Shown piece after piece: positions 57,201 through 64,000 of a DNA stretch of 64,000 nucleotides (the stretch's first letter is position 1; each line of letters starts with the position of its first letter). The stretch is from contig NW_027266343.1 of NCBI RefSeq assembly GCF_022045235.1, positions 51,616,134-51,680,133 of the forward strand. The letters are read 5' to 3'. The notes beneath the pieces were generated by a model. That model saw only the letters and a list, made by a program, of their open reading frames with translations, had not been told where the DNA came from and ran no database searches. The DNA comes from Haliotis cracherodii. Its lineage: Eukaryota. The translations under genes and the position numbers were made by a program.

Positions 57201-60200
57201 CGCCCCATCCCACCACAACGACCTGTTTTATGGGGTGTTTAAGCCATTATGCCACCAGGTGTTCCAGGTTGTATTTGAGACGTTCACAACAAAGATGAAT
57301 GGAGATGCAGTCACATTGTAGTGCAATATGATCTGACGTCTATTTTTAGCGTTATGCTAAAACGAAAGTTGGCTGGTGAAGGACCAGAGTATTCAAAATA
57401 GAATAGTGTTAATACTCATTATAATCGAGGACAGAACCAAAATGGGATCAAGTAATCCAAAGCTGACACCGATGATGTTGGATTTGTGAACCTTCTGCTT
57501 TGTCTGAGCCAATTCCAAAACACCGATATGTTTGATCGCTCAACACTTCAACAGCAGCGCCCCTGAGATGTCAGGCTGGCAAGTTGACCTGTGACCTCAC
57601 GCGAGAACAGATCTCACTGCATGGTGTTGACTAGGACTAACATCTAGCCTCTGAAATGCACAATATTTTTACAGAAAAAAACAGTTGTTAAATTCTAGTT
57701 ATGAAATATAATAAAAAGGAGACCAAGGACTTTCCCTCATTTTCAGAGACTAAACAAATCTGCAGAGCTATAAATGCTTTGAATTTCACAAATTAAAATA
57801 TTATAGACGTGCATAGGATGCATTGGATATATTTGTTTCAAGGTCTACATGACTAGGTGTTGACAAACGCCCCCAGCATCACGATTTTGTTTCCATGTTA
57901 AACTCTGTATATAAATTGCTAGTATAGGAACCAGCATTAGAACATTCATTAGATGCTGTGTTAAAACAACAGAAATACGCACAATTTTGAATACCAGTGT
58001 GTGAATATGGCTTAACGTCGCTTTTAGTAGTCATCTTGAAATATGAAAAGACACTAGGAACGCGACTGATGCTTTTTACCCATATGGGGAATCGAACCCA
58101 CATCTCATGCGTAGCTAACGATCTACCCACTAATTTACCCCGCAAGTTGTGTCACTGAAAGGGAAAACATGAGTAGAACGTCTGGTTCAGTGAGCCATGG
58201 CCCTCTGATAAGTGCAGATAAAAATCTCGAGGACAAAAATTGATTACCAGTTCAATATGGCCTGTCTTTATCATACAAACGACGAACAAAACAATCTTAA
58301 AAGAGACTTGCTCCATTGTCAGCTGCACCCGTCTGAAAATACAACGACTTGATTGTAACAGAATATCCAATGTCGTCACTTGTGTAGAACTTCGTCGATT
58401 CGGACATCAAGCACGTACATGTACTTGGGTAGCCTGGCATTTAGTGCCGGAAATATAGTTATATTATTCAAATATATATTTACAAAATAACAAAAGTAAA
58501 ATCCAAATGAGCCCAGACAAATGCCAATTACCTGGAGCTGATGCAATCGAGACTTACCCAATCATTCTAGATTTGAGTTTTTAATTTATTCTCTAGAGCC
58601 TCTAAGGTTGCCATGGAGGTTAACGGGTTGAATGAGTGAATTGGTTTGGTTTAACGCCGCCTGTGGCAATATCTGACATATAACGCGAGACCGCTAAAGG
58701 AAAAACTACAGGATCCCAATCAGGGTGAATCATGACGCTTAATGGGTGACGTTGCTTTCAACAGCATGGTTGATGATGAACTTATTTAATTAAGAATTGA
58801 CTTCGACATTTTTTTTCGTTTACGGAGGTATAATCTGGCGTGCACACCATGTAATTAAGCTACGCGGGTAAACCTAGAAACGTCAACGCAAATAAGTCTG
58901 ATTAATCCGTTTTTCAACATTACCAAAACCAAAAAACTGTAGATAACTGTACGAAATCAGCGACCGACATTGTTCAACGCAATAATGCAAAACAAGAACA
59001 CTCTATTATGATCCAATAAGGTTGGTTGGTTGGTTTGCTTGCTTTGTTGTTTAACGCCGCACTCAGCAATATTCCAGCTATATGACGTCGGTCTGTAAAT
59101 AATCGAGTCTGGACCAACAATCCAGTGATTAATATCATGAGCAATCGATGACATGCATCAACCAAGTCAGTGAGCCTGACCACCAGATCCCGTTAGTCGC
59201 CTCTTGCGACAAGCATAGTCACCTTTTACGGCAAGCATGGGTTGCTCAAGACCTTTTCTACCCCTGAATCTTCACGGGTCTTCAAAAAGGAAAAGTCCGG
59301 TAGTGGGCGAGGTTAATTGCTGGATAGCGAAATCGATAGCTTTACACTCATACAAGTGAGTAAGTGACATCGTACACTGCAGGCCAGAGATGTTGGGACA
59401 GACAGACCTGTTGTCCTAAATCTTGGTGTCGACAACGTTGTCAAGGACACGGCATCATACCTCGTCTAATGTAGTGACCAGTACGGAACTACGAACGTTC
59501 TCACGAATTACGAATTACAAAATAATTAATCTTGTGCTTAAGTCATTACGATTGTTGCTACCCACTTTTTGCGACGGGCAGACGACATGTCTATCGTTAC
59601 TGACGCAGCCAAGGCAGACGACTTCCGGTTCCTGATGCATTTGACAGTTTGTGCCGTCCAGACGACCTTGACCCCTGACCTTGGAATCCCTGATGGCGTC
59701 AGAAGAGAAAAGGACCCCGTGGGTGTGCACCCGTATGACGGGCAGCCGGACACAGTTTGAGGGGACCACGCTCCGGACACACACAGCAGACCGGTGACCA
59801 CGGCGCTGTACAGGAGTAACATGGCCCAACTTTCGCTGACCGATATAGATGTGTGTTGCCTCCTGATGAATGTCCTTTATCACTCCCTTGTCATTCGACT
59901 CATCTGATACGTGCCAATTGAGGTCACGTGAGAGTGATATCAATTGCGGACGATTAAACACCCCAACGACAATGTCGGTGAGGAACAGGTGTACTAGTAA
60001 TGCAGGCTTATTTAAGCCAGTCATGTGTACGGTTGTACTCTCTGTACAGTCACAAGTAACGATGCTGATAACGATGGACAGGTTGAAGTGCATCCCCATT
60101 GAATTGCCACTGACTGTGATGTAACTGTTGATGAGACGAGCGTACTATCCGCATTTCACGTGTCCAGATGATGCACGATCATGCCTTAAACCGTTGGCGG

Positions 60201-60229
60201 GTCGCCGTGAAATGGTCAATAATTGCGCA

Positions 60230-60620
60230 TGAATTGTCCACTGATCAGCCTACTGTTGGATGGGTCAATTTGTACACCAGCCACTGTTGGGAGGGTCTGA
60301 CTGTACACAGCTACTGTTGAATGGGTCAGATTGTACAGCAGCCACTGTTGGGAGGGTCTGACTGTACACAGCTACTGTTGAATGGGTCAGATTGTACAGC
60401 AGCCACTGTTTGGAGGGTTTGACTGTACACAGCTACTGTTGGATGGGTCAGATTGTACAGCAGCCACTGTTCGGAGGTTTTGACTGTACACAGATACTGT
60501 TGGATGGGTCAGATTGTACAGCAGCCACTGTTTGGAGGGTTTGACTGTACAAAGCCACTGTTCGGAATGTTTGACTGTACACAGATACAGTTGAGGGGGT
60601 CGGACAGTACACCAGCTACA
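60230..60620. repeat. ~60-bp tandem repeat, ~6 copies (ctgactgtacacagctactgttg[ag]atgggtcagattgtacagcagccactgtt)
   Basis: visible direct repeats. Confidence 0.85.
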
Positions 60621-61914
60621 GCTGAGTAGGAATGACTGTACACTAGTTTCTGTTGTGTGGGTCTGACTGTACAGAAGGAAGGGTCTCACTGTTCTGATAG
60701 GATCGGATGTTGGATACACTGTGGAGATGTTGTCCAGATGTTCTGAAACAATCTATAATTCCTGATTGTCAATTATCAAATATTTTATTTTTTTCACAGT
60801 GTGTAATTTGTCGATTATTATGTATTTATTCTTTTATAAAGTTTTGAATGACAGGCATTTTTATTGGCCCTCTCCATGGAGTTTGAACAGTGCATGCTTC
60901 TGTCATCACCACATCTCATCGCCGAGTGGGATGTATACGGTATCACGTTGCATAGTGATGTGAAGAGGCGGCGCGTGGGACTTAGTCTGTCATACAGACC
61001 CTGATACAAATATGTCGAAAGCAGCCCATGCAAGTCTATAATGTTTCGCAAGTCTAGATTACTGCAGTATGAAGAGTGTCTCTGGGCTTCTTTTTATTAA
61101 GATAATATTACAACTTTTTTTCTGTAAGATATGTTCATTTCAGAGACAAGATGTTAGTCAAGACCATCCCGTACCACATGAGTAATCGACCCAACCCAAT
61201 TTCTTTACAACAGAACGTCGGCGGTTTCATATAAAACAAGAGTCATATGTTGAAATGTGTAGGCATGGACAACTAGAGTCTGTCTTACAGACCCTGATAC
61301 AAATATATATCAAATACAGCCCATGCAAGTCTATAATGTTTGGCAAGTCTAGATTACTGCAGTACCAAAAAATGAAGAGAGTCTCTGGGCTCCAACAAAT
61401 GTTTTTTTCTGTACGATATGTTCATTTCAGAGACTAGATGTTAGTCTAAGACAGCTAGACTAACGCTCAGTATCAGAAAATATATACATGTGATAGAAAG
61501 AAAAAAGTTCATTTAAATTGAAAAGGAGCCTCAGTGAGATGGGAGATTCAGAACCTGAACCTGTGGAAAATCTAGACTTGCTTTATTACAGGAGAGGATG
61601 GAGGGGGTTACGGGAGGAAAATAATATTGTTCAGGGAGTGTGAGACAGACTGGTAAGACAACTAACAGACAGGAAATCGTGGCACAGCTGTGATATGAAC
61701 TTGCTCTTTCGATTACTTCGGGCAATCATTGTTTAAATGTCTATGAGGACGTTCCTGTCTTTAAAGACCGAGAACGGTGGAATTTGCCTCAAATTGTTGC
61801 TAATAGTTTATGAAAATGTATATGACAGGCAGACAGGAGCTTTCCGATCTACTGATAAGGTCGCGAGGACTCAGATGGCTGGAATGACCTCTTTGTTAAT
61901 AAACAGTCACAGTG

Positions 61915-62400
61915 GGAACTAGACTTGCATAAGTCTCTAAGTTAAAAACTATCAGTTTAAGTCATAATTTCAAGATTATATAAATAATAAGAACAAGTTA
62001 TCCCTCCAAGAGACTGGCGTCATTAGACTGTCCGCGTATCTAGACTTTCCTATTACACTCATTATGTATAAGGATAGAATTACTTACACACCTGGACTTA
62101 TCATTTAGAGCAGCCTTAGAGCAAGGCTAAGTGGGCGCTTGCTCCTGCTGTCCGTCTCCCATTCGCAAGCCGCGCCCCACGCTCTGTAGTTAGCCTTGCT
62201 CCAAGGCTCATTGAATGAGAAGTGCATGGGTGTATAGTAAGTTCTATCCTTATAACAGGCAAGTCTAGATAAAGGGACAGTCAAAGGACGCAAGTCTTTT
62301 TTAGGGACAACTTGTTCTTATTATTAATATGATCTAGAAATTATGATTTAAACTATTAATTATTGCCTTAGAGACTTGTGCATGTCTCTCTCTCTCTTGT
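61915..62400. mobile_element. foldback or long-TIR element with ~190-bp inverted arms around a GC-rich palindromic centre
   Basis: arm 61920-62110 is the reverse complement of 62215-62400; partial single-arm copies near 44790-45010, 56470-56660, 34430-34560 and 34720-34830. Confidence 0.6.
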
Positions 62401-63744
62401 CAATTTGTCAAGTCATTGTATTGTTTTAAACGCTCCATTATTTTTCAGGAATGGAGAGTTGATTGTCAAGTATAGATTATCTTGAATCAACATTTCAATT
62501 AATTTGCTCTTGGAATTGAAGGAACTATTTTTTGAGTGAATGTGAATGATTTCAAATTTTGTCGGAAAACATGTGTCATCGTCAGATTTGTGGACATGAG
62601 ATTGTCGACCTCAGCTACGGCGACACTTGGAGGTATGGTGTGACATTAACTATAAAAAACAAACATATATATCCTTGCTCTGGGCTCGATATTTCATATA
62701 ATCCCTGTCAGCATGTGTATTTACAATGTGCAAGCGATTGATAAATTATTCGTCTTGATCCCCACGAAATCATGGGAGAGCCGTGAACCATGCATTGTAA
62801 ATATCAGCTCGCGACGGAGCTTAGTGCACGTGCACCAGCGACAGAGAACGTATTCCCCGTGCATCACCGCAAGATCGTCTCACACAGTATAAATACAGTC
62901 CACAAAGAATCCTAGTTTATTTTTCAAATATTTTCCACTAGAGAAAATATTTTGTCAAATTGTAAAAATAGGAAAGCGTTTAAGTGCTCGAATATCCTCT
63001 ACATATTGTTTAATAATGTATAGCAGGGGTATATAATCATAATTATGCAATACATGCAGTTACAAAACCCCTTTAGTTGTGAACTAAAACATTAATAATC
63101 TGACGTGAATATATAATGGTAATGTTGCATTTTTCAGTTGAAAATGGACGTGATCTATCTGGGGACCATCACCGTGGCACTGGAAAGTCCATATATGTCC
63201 CCTGTGGCACATATTCCGAAAAGCCAGATTTACACGTTCTTGCAACGGAAAATGGTTCTAGGACAAAAACACAGAGAAGAAGGAATATCTTTTTAATCTG
63301 AGGAATGAATGAAATGAATAGCACCGAGCAACGGTATATTGACGCGTGGCCTTATCTGTATAGAAAAGGGAAAACGTAACAAATTATCACGTATATTGTG
63401 ATAATATACCGGTATAACGCGGGCATTGTATATAAACAGCTTCACCTTTCGGAATGCATCCAACATTAATTTAGAACTGATTGTAATTAGGTTTCTTTGG
63501 AATATCAGATAAGATCACGCACTGCTTTCGAACCACATCGCATGCTTTAAAGGAAAGACGTTGCATGAATGACTCTGAAATGTTTCTTGGAAATGGGTTG
63601 TTTGTTTGTGTTACTCTGAATAAGTTTAGAACATAATCGACTCGTCAAAATATGCTTCAAAGTTGTAAAATACATGTTTACTGTGGTTATAGTTGAGTGA
63701 ATTTAGCGCTGCTTTTGACATTATTACAGTTTCATTATTTCATT

Positions 63745-64000
63745 ATTATTTCACAGTTACATTATTACACTTTTACAGGTACATTATTACACTATTACAG
63801 GTACATTATTACACTATTACAGGTGCAATATTACACTATTACAGGTACATTATTACACTATTACAGGTGCATTATTACACTATTACAGGTCCAATATTAC
63901 ACTATTACAGGTGCATTATTACACTATTACAGTTACATTGTAACATTATTACACTTACATTGTTACACTATTACAGGTGCATTATTACACTATTACAGGT
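63745..64000. repeat. 22-bp tandem repeat (acactattacaggtacattatt), ~11 copies, running off the window end
   Basis: visible direct repeats. Confidence 0.9.

Noticed and set aside
1-64000. Possibility of a prokaryotic defence system, operon or CRISPR array
   Set aside because: The sequence shows spliced multi-exon genes with GT-AG introns, tRNA-derived SINEs, microsatellites and a DIRS retrotransposon. No direct-repeat/spacer architecture or operon-like ORF packing is present.

Overview
This 64 kb window is eukaryotic (invertebrate metazoan; SINE and microsatellite content suggest a mollusc-like genome, but the organism is not identified). It has no prokaryotic gene organisation. The exon coordinates below rest on visible AG/GT splice signals and are approximate (+-3 bp). 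Within that limit, the window contains five main things.

1. A multi-exon ortholog of TEP1 (telomerase/vault-associated protein 1) on the minus strand. The start codon is at ~33146 and the gene runs off the left edge of the window, so the C-terminal WD40 repeats lie outside it. At least 30 coding exons are visible. They encode the TROVE module, a vWA-like region, the 'FISSTFxDMxxER...LGxRYG' module (DUF4062-like) and a NACHT P-loop.
2. A structurally intact DIRS-like tyrosine-recombinase retrotransposon (~4727-11194, minus orientation) nested in a TEP1 intron. It has inverted terminal repeats, an internal complementary region (ICR) equal to the joined termini, and gag, RT/RNase H and tyrosine-recombinase ORFs. 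A G12 homopolymer splits an upstream Cys/His ORF from gag.
3. An intronless nanos gene (plus strand, 39012-39899) transcribed divergently from TEP1.
4. Two adjacent paralogous intronless ORFs of unknown function (46718-48157 and 48791-49657, minus strand), rich in N-glycosylation sequons.
5. Dense interspersed repeats: at least four tRNA-derived SINE families, three of which share a conserved central core; a MITE-like family with ATATCCCC termini; a foldback element; and many mini- and microsatellites.

The most unusual observation is that four TEP1 introns each carry a minisatellite built by tandem amplification of the sequence immediately flanking the adjacent splice site. These create arrays of cryptic AG acceptors or GTAAGT donors. 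No CRISPR array, rRNA gene or convincing standalone tRNA gene was seen.
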